Shown here: piece by piece, positions 29,919-38,118 of the stretch
Layout: every line of letters begins with the position of its first letter
How positions within the stretch are numbered: position 1 is the first letter of the stretch
Assembly: GCA_965231215.1 (NCBI GenBank)
Contig: OZ246423.1
Span: 1,184,001 to 1,248,000, forward strand
DNA from: Candidatus Altimarinota bacterium
GTDB lineage: Bacteria; Patescibacteriota; Gracilibacteria; UBA4473
Direction of reading: 5' to 3'
Length of the DNA: 64,000 nt
Translations under genes and position numbers: made by a program
Notes under the pieces: generated by a model
The model's input: the letters and a program-made list of their open reading frames with translations, nothing else
What the model was told of the DNA's origin: nothing
Database searches by the model: none

Positions 29919-32900
29919 TTATGTACTGAGTGTATTGAAGGCTGACCAGTCAATACTATTCATATCTACTTTGGCGGCGGCCCCTTGAGTTTTTGGACCG
30001 ATAGTTCCATCAACTGGGATTTTTTCTCCATCAGGAAGTCCTTGATTAAGAGCTGTTTGATAAGCTTCATTAATAGCTCTCACTTGGATGGGTGTTCGAG
30101 CTTCGATTCCAAAAATTTTCCCAAGAGCCGTCGCCGTATCGAGGGAGTTAAGTCGCTTCTCGCTAAAATCTGTAGTGAAGGTTGCTAACTCACTTCTAAT
30201 AGCCGGAGTAATGGTTAATGGTGGTTTGTTAATGGTGGCAGTTAGATCAATCTTTTTCCAGTCAACGCTTTTTAGGGTTTCTCGGCTGTTTGGGCCAAGA
30301 ACTCCATCAGCCGGTTCAATACCAGTAGAGAGTTGAATTTGTTTTGCAATTTTTGTTCTAATAGCGTCTCCAACTGGCCCAGCTGGAATATTTTTAATAC
30401 CTAATTGGAGGGCGATTCCCTCAACCATAGCACTAGAAGTAGTGGCTTCAGTGGCTAGTTTGGTTACGGCTTCGGCAAATTCTGGAGAAGAAACATCTGT
30501 CTGCTCTAATCGTGCCAGAGAAAGTTTAGCGACTTGCATAGACTCAAATCCAAATTTTCCATCAGATAAAAGAGCCATTTGTTGTGAAGTCAATTCGATT
30601 CCACTTGCCTCAAGATCGGCTCGGAAAATTTCTTGGATTTTTGTTCCAAATCTCAAAGATTCACTGCCTTCGGCATAAGCGGCTTCACCCATCTCTAATC
30701 CTTCGATACCATAAAGTTTTGCAATTTCGGCATTAATTTTGTGCCATTCTCGGAAAGCACTTTCTCTGTCTGGGTATTTTTCAAAAATTTCAAGAATCTC
30801 AGCTCTTTTCCCTCGGATAATTTCACCTGTGAGGTTTTCTGTCAGAACCGCCAGCTTGGTTTCTGGATCTGGAGCGGCGTCAATTCTCGCCTGAATTTCA
30901 TCTGAAACGACTAAGGCCTCCGCTAGTGGAGGAATATTGGTAGCAATACGTCCAGCTTCAAATGCATGAATTGGATGGATACCAGCTTTAACTACTGGAG
31001 GGACTTCACCACCGTCAGATCTTCTAAGGTCAGGAATTCTAAAGTTGTCATTCGCCGCTTCAAGCCTTTGAGCTTCCTGTGCTCTAGCTGTTTCTATAAG
31101 CCGACTGTCAGAAGCGGTATCTAAATGCCGAGCTTCCTTAGTACCAGCTGTAGAAATAAGAGGATTCTCAATTCTTTGATTGTCATTCGCCGCTTCAAGA
31201 GCTTGCATAGATTTGGCGTCAGCCGTTCTGGAAGCTTTTAGTTGTTCCAGTCTTTTAGCATCAGCGGCTCTTCTAGCGGCCGCTTGTTCTTCGAGTAATT
31301 TTCGATAAGCCATCATAGATTCGGCATCCGCTTTTTGCATCATTCGTAGTTGTTCGACTCTCCGGGCGGCGGCTTCTTGCTCGAGAAGTTTATGGTAATC
31401 GGCCATAGATTCGGCGTTAGCCGTTCTGGAAGCTTTTAGTTGTTCCAGTCTTTTAGCGTCAGCCGCTCTTCTAGCGGCCGCTTTTTCTTCGAGTAGTTTT
31501 CGATAAGCGGTCATAGACTCAGCATTGGCGGTTTTAAAAGCTTGAGACTCGTGAGTTCTTCGCGCAGCCGCTTGTTCTTCAAGCAGCTTATTATAAGCGG
31601 CCATAGACTCAGCGTCGGCTTGACGTACAAGTTTCATTTGCTCAGCTCTTCGAGCCGCGGCTTGTTGTTCAATGAATTCTTCATAACGAGCCATAGATTC
31701 GGCGTCTGCTTCAGTAAAAGCTTTTCTTTCTGCGGCGATCCGGTCTGCATTTTGTTTTTCAAGAAAGCGATTGTAGTCCGCCATAGAGTCTGCCTCTGCG
31801 TTTTGGAAGAGTCGTAATTCGGCTTCTCTTTTAGCTCGTAATTCGGCTTCCTCAATTCTTTGGAGAGAGGCGATTTGATCATCTAAACCATCCGGTTTTC
31901 CAGTATTTATATTTACGACGTTATCTCGAGGCGGAGGAGTTTCCATTCTTGGGGGTGGATCAGCTCGATGAACAGGCGTAATGCCATCACCAACAGCTCG
32001 AGGGAGAGCCACTTCATCAGGGATAACTTCAGTTTGGGCCACTGGGAATTCGACCACATTGTTCTCCGCCATGGGAGCCACATTGGCTCGTCTGGCTTCT
32101 AAGACAGCGTCAACATCAATTCCTTTCTCTCTTAGATTTCTCATTCTAGACTCAATTTGTTGATCCAAAAGATCGGCTTTGCGCCCACTAAGTCCATCTT
32201 GTGATCTAAGTCTAATTACATTTTCTAATTCACTAACATCGGCTACTTCAGCACTAGATAAGTCCGCAACATCTTTTCTTAAGGTAGCCGCAGCCTCTAC
32301 AGGAGGAACTTCTGCTCGTGCGGCGGTAACAGGGGCGGCATCTTCAATTTTCCCTGCATTAGGAACAGCTTCAGCACGGGCGGCATCTGCTACAACGGGT
32401 ACGCTTTCTTCTAGTCTGGCAATAGCTCGTAAAGCTCTTGGCATTCGGCGACCAACTTTTAGTCCCTTAGTAGCCGCTTGAATACCAAAAGCGGTAAGAA
32501 CAACTCCCGCTCCACCCAAGAAATAATCAGCCGTAGTTTTGTCTAATCTATAGTTTTCTGGCACCGCTCTAGTAGCTCTTAGAACGGCCATAGTGGTTTC
32601 TGCATCAGAGAATGGATTTAAATCTCCAATATCGGCTACAAGTCCAGAGGCTGCCCCAGCATATGGAATTACTTGAAATCCAATAGCCGCTAGATAGGCC
32701 TTCCAAACTTTAGCTTCAGTTTCTTGGTCTTCTCGACTTAAAAAATTAATATAAGGGACTTCTGCTCCTGGATCACTTGAAGCTCGTGCTAATTCGAGGC
32801 CTTTTGATCGCCAGTCTTCTGGTAATTTTCCAGACTGAATAAGCTCCATTTCATGTTCAGCATCGCCGACATGAATTTTTTCTCCATCAATTTCAACAAC

Positions 32901-34331
32901 CATTCTTTTCCCGATACTTCCGTTACCGGCAAAGAAAACATTGTCAATTTCCGAAGCCGGGACAGAAAAGAATTCATTGTTTAAAAAGCCTACCCCAGCT
33001 GATAAGTTCTCTCCTTCACGATTAGAGTAGGTCCAGTCTTGTCCCAGAACATTAGTCGGATCAAAATCAGGACTGGTTAACCCAGTTCGGGCATCAGCCA
33101 TAAAGTTTTTCATTTGCCAAGCCCAGGTTTGATCTTCATGTACGGCTCCAGTGCGCATTTTTTCTTCACTTTGAGCCAGTAGTGATTTTACAAATTCACT
33201 TTCCATAAAGGCTTTTTTTTCTGCTGGGTCACTCATTCGAACGATATTGTTTGAAGCGGTCATCACATCTTCAATATCGGATAGAGATTCTTGTAAACGT
33301 CGATTTATTTCCCATTTTCGATTTTGCCAGTCATCTCCAAAATCAGACTCCATTCCCTTAATAACGCTTGGAATAGCCTGTATTCGCTGTCCCACATACT
33401 TGCGTAGGTTTTCACGAATGATTTCTAGCTCGGCAGCACTCATATCAGAATTTTCTGGGAGTTTAAGATGTTGGTCTATGAAAGCGTTTGTATCGGTTAG
33501 CAGTGTTTCAAAGTCAAGCTCTAGACCTTCCCCTTTTTCTTTAAGCCTGTCAACTTGCTCAATAAGCGCTACGGCTTCTCGCCTAGAGAAACCAAGGGGC
33601 CTCATCTCTTCAACGGTTTTTTGGTGTTTTTCAGGAACTTCAACGGGACCGTCGATGATATCTCGGACATCAGCGACACTGATACTATGTGAGGCAGCAA
33701 CACTTTTTAGGGCCTTTTCATAGGCGGCTTGACGGTCTTTTAATGCATTTTCTTCAGCGGTGCTCCGAGCCATCCATAGCCCCGTGTCTTTGTTGTAAGC
33801 ATGAGCTTCAATTGATTCAAGAGACTGAGTGACCGCCGCAATTTCTTTTTCTAGATCACCAATGGCTTTCTCGGTTTCTTCAACCTTGGCTTCAGCAGTA
33901 GCTAGATCTTCTTTGAGCTTGGTTTCTTCGGCTTTTTGAGCCTCTAGCTGAGCTTCTAGTTCTTTGATTTTTTTCTCTAATTCGGTTCGATTTGTAGCGT
34001 CAGCATCCTCTGGAAGTTTACCTAAATCCCCTTTGGCTTTATCTAGATCCGTCTGAGTGGTTGTTATTTTGCCTTGTTGGCTTTCAAGCTCACTCTGGAT
34101 TCTTGTAGGCTCCCGTCTCAAATCTCTAAGTTCACGTTCTTTTGCAGTTTTGTCCTGGTTTGAGCCTTTTAAATCTTCTTTAAGTTCTTCTGAAGAACGA
34201 GTAAAATTCCGAAGAAATATCTGGGCATCCCTCAATTCGGATTTGCTTTTAATGTCGTCTGCATTAGGATCTTGAGCCTCTAAGGCTTGCAAGAATTCAC
34301 TCTTGATGGCTTCGTGATTGACTTCATTCAT
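29919..34331 (-). CDS. Giant hypothetical protein: coiled coil, hydrophobic hairpin, Ala/Glu/Arg helical repeats, C-terminal peptidoglycan-binding-like motifs
   Basis: 1470-aa ORF; repeats of A[DN]AESMxxYxxLLE.xAAARR; DGVLGPNS and VDGTIGPKT near the C-terminus. Confidence 0.8.
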   Translation of the reverse strand: MNEVNHEAIKSEFLQALEAQDPNADDIKSKSELRDAQIFLRNFTRSSEELKEDLKGSNQDKTAKERELRDLRREPTRIQSELESQQGKITTTQTDLDKAKGDLGKLPEDADATNRTELEKKIKELEAQLEAQKAEETKLKEDLATAEAKVEETEKAIGDLEKEIAAVTQSLESIEAHAYNKDTGLWMARSTAEENALKDRQAAYEKALKSVAASHSISVADVRDIIDGPVEVPEKHQKTVEEMRPLGFSRREAVALIEQVDRLKEKGEGLELDFETLLTDTNAFIDQHLKLPENSDMSAAELEIIRENLRKYVGQRIQAIPSVIKGMESDFGDDWQNRKWEINRRLQESLSDIEDVMTASNNIVRMSDPAEKKAFMESEFVKSLLAQSEEKMRTGAVHEDQTWAWQMKNFMADARTGLTSPDFDPTNVLGQDWTYSNREGENLSAGVGFLNNEFFSVPASEIDNVFFAGNGSIGKRMVVEIDGEKIHVGDAEHEMELIQSGKLPEDWRSKGLELARASSDPGAEVPYINFLSREDQETEAKVWKAYLAAIGFQVIPYAGAASGLVADIGDLNPFSDAETTMAVLRATRAVPENYRLDKTTADYFLGGAGVVLTAFGIQAATKGLKVGRRMPRALRAIARLEESVPVVADAARAEAVPNAGKIEDAAPVTAARAEVPPVEAAATLRKDVADLSSAEVADVSELENVIRLRSQDGLSGRKADLLDQQIESRMRNLREKGIDVDAVLEARRANVAPMAENNVVEFPVAQTEVIPDEVALPRAVGDGITPVHRADPPPRMETPPPRDNVVNINTGKPDGLDDQIASLQRIEEAELRAKREAELRLFQNAEADSMADYNRFLEKQNADRIAAERKAFTEADAESMARYEEFIEQQAAARRAEQMKLVRQADAESMAAYNKLLEEQAAARRTHESQAFKTANAESMTAYRKLLEEKAAARRAADAKRLEQLKASRTANAESMADYHKLLEQEAAARRVEQLRMMQKADAESMMAYRKLLEEQAAARRAADAKRLEQLKASRTADAKSMQALEAANDNQRIENPLISTAGTKEARHLDTASDSRLIETARAQEAQRLEAANDNFRIPDLRRSDGGEVPPVVKAGIHPIHAFEAGRIATNIPPLAEALVVSDEIQARIDAAPDPETKLAVLTENLTGEIIRGKRAEILEIFEKYPDRESAFREWHKINAEIAKLYGIEGLEMGEAAYAEGSESLRFGTKIQEIFRADLEASGIELTSQQMALLSDGKFGFESMQVAKLSLARLEQTDVSSPEFAEAVTKLATEATTSSAMVEGIALQLGIKNIPAGPVGDAIRTKIAKQIQLSTGIEPADGVLGPNSRETLKSVDWKKIDLTATINKPPLTITPAIRSELATFTTDFSEKRLNSLDTATALGKIFGIEARTPIQVRAINEAYQTALNQGLPDGEKIPVDGTIGPKTQGAAAKVDMNSIDWSAFNTLST
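31045..31850 (-). repeat. Intragenic repeats in the 1470-aa gene
   Basis: agccgttctggaagcttttagttgttccagtcttttagc at 31221 and 31419 (198-nt period); ttgtcattcgccgcttcaag at 31045 and 31180. Confidence 0.85.
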
Positions 34332-34444
34332 GTGAAAATTTTTTGCGAAAAATCTTATTATTATATCACAAAACCAGAGAAAATGCCAATCTGTTTGATG
34401 ATTTTACTAGCTTTGAATAGAATTTTGCTGAAATAAATTTAAAT

Positions 34445-35857
34445 ATGGATTTAGAAGTAATTATCGGTCTTGAAATTCACGCGCAGTTGGCGACTAAAAG
34501 TAAGCTCTTTTGTGGGTGTGATAATGATGCCTTTGGAGCCAAACCTAATACCCGAGTTTGCCCAGTGTGTATGGGGTTTCCAGGGATGTTGCCGGTACTG
34601 AATCAAGACGCTTTAGATAAAGGGGTTAGAGGGGCTGCAGCGCTCGGATGTGAGATCAAACCATTTTCCAAATTTGATCGTAAAAATTACTTTTATCCGG
34701 ATCTCCCAAATGGGTTCCAGATTTCACAATTTGATCAACCTATTTCAGAGAATGGTCGGGTTGATGTTGAGCTAGAAGATGGTGTGAAAAGTATTGGAAT
34801 TACCCGAGTCCATCTAGAAAATGATGCGGGCAAATTAACCCATACCCAAAACGGGACTTTATGTGATTATAATCGAGCGGGAACGCCTTTAGTGGAGATT
34901 GTAACCGAACCGGATATGCGGTCTCCTGAAGAAGCTCGGATACTGGCTCAAGAGATTCAAAAAATTCTAAGAACCGTAGGGGCTTCAGACGCTGATATGG
35001 AAAAGGGAATGATGCGTTTTGACGCGTCTATTTCACTCCGCCCAAGAGGGGAGGATAAGCTCTATCCACGAACTGAAATTAAAAATCTAAACTCGTTTAC
35101 TTCCCTCTTTAAAGCCCTTAAATACGAACTAAAAAAACAGACTAAATCTTGGGCAGAAAATGGACCCCCAACAGGAGAGGTAACCGTTGGATGGGTTGAT
35201 GATCAAGAAGTTACTAAGCTCCTGAGAGACAAGGAATCGGCTACAGATTACCGGTATTTTCCAGAGCCAGATTTACCTCCTGTAACTTTCTCAGAGAAAG
35301 AAATTAAAACCATTCTTGAGGCAATTCCAGAGCTTCCCTTAGCTCGAAAAAATAGATATGTAAAGGAGCTCAATTTAACTCAGGCTGAAGCCTTAAAAAT
35401 TGCAGAAGAGCCAGCGCTCTATGAATTTTATGAGGCGGCTGTGAAACGAGGGAAAAATCCTAAAAAAATGGCGAACCTGTTTTTGTCTGTAGTCCTAGCA
35501 GAAACTCACTGGGAACAGTCTTCCATTACGCCAACACACCTAGCTGATACCTTTAGACTTCAAGAAGAGGGTCGGATTTCTTCTACTGGTGCCAAAGAAA
35601 TTATTTTAGAAGCTATGAAAACCGGAGAAAAAGCCGAAGATATAATGGAAGAACTAGGATTAGAACAAAAGTCTGATAGCAGTGAAATTGAAGCGTGGGT
35701 AGATGAAGTTATGGCCGAAAATCCTAAGGTTGTAGAAGATATAAAAGGAGGCAAAGACAAAGGGATTCAATTCCTTATGGGACAGGTGATGAAAAAATCT
35801 AAAGGAGCCGCAAACCCGCCAATGGTAATGCAGATGCTCAAACAAAAACTGGGTTAA
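34445..35857 (+). CDS. gatB: Asp/Glu-tRNA amidotransferase subunit B
   Basis: IGLEIHAQL, FDRKNYFYPDLP, DYNRAGTPLVEIVTEP, DYRYFPEPDL, GQVMK. Confidence 0.97.
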   Translation: MDLEVIIGLEIHAQLATKSKLFCGCDNDAFGAKPNTRVCPVCMGFPGMLPVLNQDALDKGVRGAAALGCEIKPFSKFDRKNYFYPDLPNGFQISQFDQPISENGRVDVELEDGVKSIGITRVHLENDAGKLTHTQNGTLCDYNRAGTPLVEIVTEPDMRSPEEARILAQEIQKILRTVGASDADMEKGMMRFDASISLRPRGEDKLYPRTEIKNLNSFTSLFKALKYELKKQTKSWAENGPPTGEVTVGWVDDQEVTKLLRDKESATDYRYFPEPDLPPVTFSEKEIKTILEAIPELPLARKNRYVKELNLTQAEALKIAEEPALYEFYEAAVKRGKNPKKMANLFLSVVLAETHWEQSSITPTHLADTFRLQEEGRISSTGAKEIILEAMKTGEKAEDIMEELGLEQKSDSSEIEAWVDEVMAENPKVVEDIKGGKDKGIQFLMGQVMKKSKGAANPPMVMQMLKQKLG

Positions 35858-35926
35858 AACATTTAAATTTGCCTCATAGATAAAAAAAGCCTACAAAAGC
35901 ACTAAATTTTGTGATATAATTACACT

Positions 35927-36154
35927 ATGGATTACATTATTGCCAACGCTAAAGAAATTATGATGCTCTGTTTTGGAGTGGGGTTTGTAATTTTGATATT
36001 GGTGGTGAGTAGATCATTGATTATTGCGACACGGTTAATGAAAAAAATAGATGATCTCACCGACCTAACTATTCATTATATCAACAAGCCGTTATCTTTG
36101 GTTGTGCAAGCAGAAAAAAGTATTAACAAATTTCTGAAAAAACTGAATAAATAG
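35927..36154 (+). CDS. Small membrane-anchored hypothetical protein
   Basis: 75 aa, N-terminal TM then helix; TGATATAAT 6 nt upstream of the ATG. Confidence 0.65.
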   Translation: MDYIIANAKEIMMLCFGVGFVILILVVSRSLIIATRLMKKIDDLTDLTIHYINKPLSLVVQAEKSINKFLKKLNK

Positions 36155-36239
36155 GACCTTTAGGCAGCGTAATACTGAATATGAAGTTCAAATTAATTCG
36201 CCTTATCGACGAATTTTTTTATAATTGTAAAAAAAACAC

Positions 36240-36893
36240 ATGCATAAAAAATCAGGTTTTACCCTTATCGAGGTCTTAGTAGTAATTGTTATCGTTGGTA
36301 TTTTAAGTATCATCGCTTACCCGCTCACCCTCGGACAAAAAGAAAGAAGCGAAGTGGTTGAGCTTCAGGGAAGTAGTTCTTCCCACTGGCGAAAAATGGC
36401 AGCGGAATGTACAACCAATGAAAACTTTGATGATTGTCGTTCAATTCTTGATGCTTCCCTTTATAGCGGAGCAAATTCAAAGAGAATGACGGTTTATTTA
36501 GATGTTTTCCCTCGTAGTGGTATTGGGCTTTTGAGCAATAGTAATTTTAGAATTTTTGGAAGCAATGATTCACGAGGAACTAGTAACGAAGTATATACAG
36601 AAGTGGGAGGTAGTTATGATTTTACCCCTTCGGGCAGTGGAGGCGGTTATTTTACTATTGATAGCAATGATTTCACTGGAGGCGAGAAGTATAGTTTAGT
36701 TTTTGATCTTACTCAGACTTCAGGTGGGATTTGGGCTCGGACTTATTTAGACGGGATGAATAAACTAAATACTGTAATTCCAGGGACATTAGACCACTCA
36801 AATCAGTCTCTAACGATGGGACAATGGAACAACGGAATTGAAACACAATCGCTTGATGGACGATTTGATATTCGTGGAATTTTGATGGAATAA
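36240..36893 (+). CDS. Type IV pilin-like protein with lectin/LamG-like C-terminal part
   Basis: Class III signal KKSG-FTLIEVLVVIVIVGIL; C-terminal RTYLDG...LTMGQW resembles LamG strands. Confidence 0.8.
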   Translation: MHKKSGFTLIEVLVVIVIVGILSIIAYPLTLGQKERSEVVELQGSSSSHWRKMAAECTTNENFDDCRSILDASLYSGANSKRMTVYLDVFPRSGIGLLSNSNFRIFGSNDSRGTSNEVYTEVGGSYDFTPSGSGGGYFTIDSNDFTGGEKYSLVFDLTQTSGGIWARTYLDGMNKLNTVIPGTLDHSNQSLTMGQWNNGIETQSLDGRFDIRGILME

Positions 36894-37087
36894 AAAAATT
36901 CCAACAGGAACTGAGATTAGGTTAAGTGGCGGAGAGACAGGGATTACTCAATTCGTTTTAAATTTCGTTTAGCGTGACGTCGTTGTTCGCTTAGAAAATA
37001 TCCCGAAATACGGGATGCTTTCACGCTTACGGCCTCGTATCGAACCCCTCTTTCAGATACGGGTTCTCATACCTTCCGAGTTATTTG

Positions 37088-37116
37088 AAAAAATCAGGCA
37101 TAAGCCTGATATTTTT
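37088..37116 (-). terminator. Terminator after tRNA-Ser
   Basis: aaaaatcaggc-ataa-gcctgat hairpin with a T tract on the minus strand. Confidence 0.7.
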
Positions 37117-37120
37117 AAAA

Positions 37121-37210
37121 TGGCGGAGGGACAGGGATTCGAACCCTGGAGACGATTGCTCGCCTAATGGTTTTCAAGACCACCGCATTCGACCACTCTG
37201 CCATCCCTCC
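37121..37210 (-). tRNA. tRNA-Ser(TGA)
   Basis: Reverse complement GGAGGGATGGCAGAGTGGTCGAATGCGGTGGTCT-TGA-AAACCAT...GGTTCGAATCCCTGTCCCTCCGCCA; long variable arm, G73, CCA. Confidence 0.96.
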
Positions 37211-37310
37211 GTCGAAGCCAAAGGATTGTAAAAATTTCGTGATCAAGTGCAACCTATTTTGGTTATTGTTTTTAAATGTGTTAGATTTATTGAAGACACA
37301 AAAATAATCC

Positions 37311-37466
37311 ATGGCTGAACTCAAAACTAAAAAGAACAATACAGATGTCAAAAAATTTATTGAAAGTGTGGATCATCCACAAAAACAAGCAGATGCTTTT
37401 TTGCTAAGTCAAAATTCATGCAAAATTAATCTAAAATTAAAGACTGTATTTTTTAAGGCTTATTAA
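37311..37466 (+). pseudogene. Truncated DUF1801-like gene remnant
   Basis: My translation MAELKTKKNNTDVKKFIESVDHPQKQADAFLL resembles DUF1801 N-termini, then decays into AT-rich sequence and stops at 51 aa. Confidence 0.55.
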
Positions 37467-37520
37467 AAATTAGAATTAGCTGATTTTTTCAAATTACCTG
37501 TCTCTTTTAATCTCTCATAC

Positions 37521-38078
37521 TTATTTTGATTTTTTTTGTTTAGGTACTGTATATTTGTAGATGAAAGTTTTGGCTCTGAATCCTGGGAACTTTTCAGTTT
37601 TACCATCCCAAGATTCAAAAGAAAATACATAAGAAACAATTCTAGTACCGGATTTTAGTTCTTTTTTGAATTTATTTTTTAGGGCTTTGTTAAGACTCTC
37701 TTTCATGGCGAAAGTGTAGAGGCAATCGGCTTTGGACAAATCTTCCCAGAATAGATTTTTCCACTTAATTTTTAGATTTTTACCTGGATAAAATAAACTT
37801 TTAATTTTAGCCGTAACATAGAGCGGAAAAGCCATCTCTAAGCCTATGATCTGTGTGTTAGGATTGTTTTTGGCTAGGTGAATTGAGACTCTTCCGTCTC
37901 CACAGCCTAATTCATAAAATACTTCGCCAGGCTTGAGTTTGCAGATTTGGTTCACCTTTTCTAGATCATTTTTTCGAGTAGGGAAAAAAGGAGCAATAAC
38001 CCAAATAAAAGAAATCAAAGCCACCATACAAAGGAAAAATAAGGTAAGCCAAACAAATTGGGGGATGAGGTCAAACAT
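37521..38078 (-). CDS. Membrane-anchored class I SAM-dependent methyltransferase
   Basis: N-terminal TM, APFFPT, YELGCGDGR, ELKSGTRIVSYVF. Confidence 0.88.
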   Translation of the reverse strand: MFDLIPQFVWLTLFFLCMVALISFIWVIAPFFPTRKNDLEKVNQICKLKPGEVFYELGCGDGRVSIHLAKNNPNTQIIGLEMAFPLYVTAKIKSLFYPGKNLKIKWKNLFWEDLSKADCLYTFAMKESLNKALKNKFKKELKSGTRIVSYVFSFESWDGKTEKFPGFRAKTFIYKYTVPKQKKSK

Positions 38079-38118
38079 ACTATTAAATTATCCTTATTGT
38101 TTAAAACTACACCAATGT

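Noticed and set aside
31045-31200. AANDN as a tmRNA tag remnant
   Set aside because: It is internal, duplicated as part of the protein's repeats, and lacks the rest of the tag and any tmRNA structure.
37115-37351. 78-aa minus-strand ORF
   Set aside because: It reads through tRNA-Ser; spurious.
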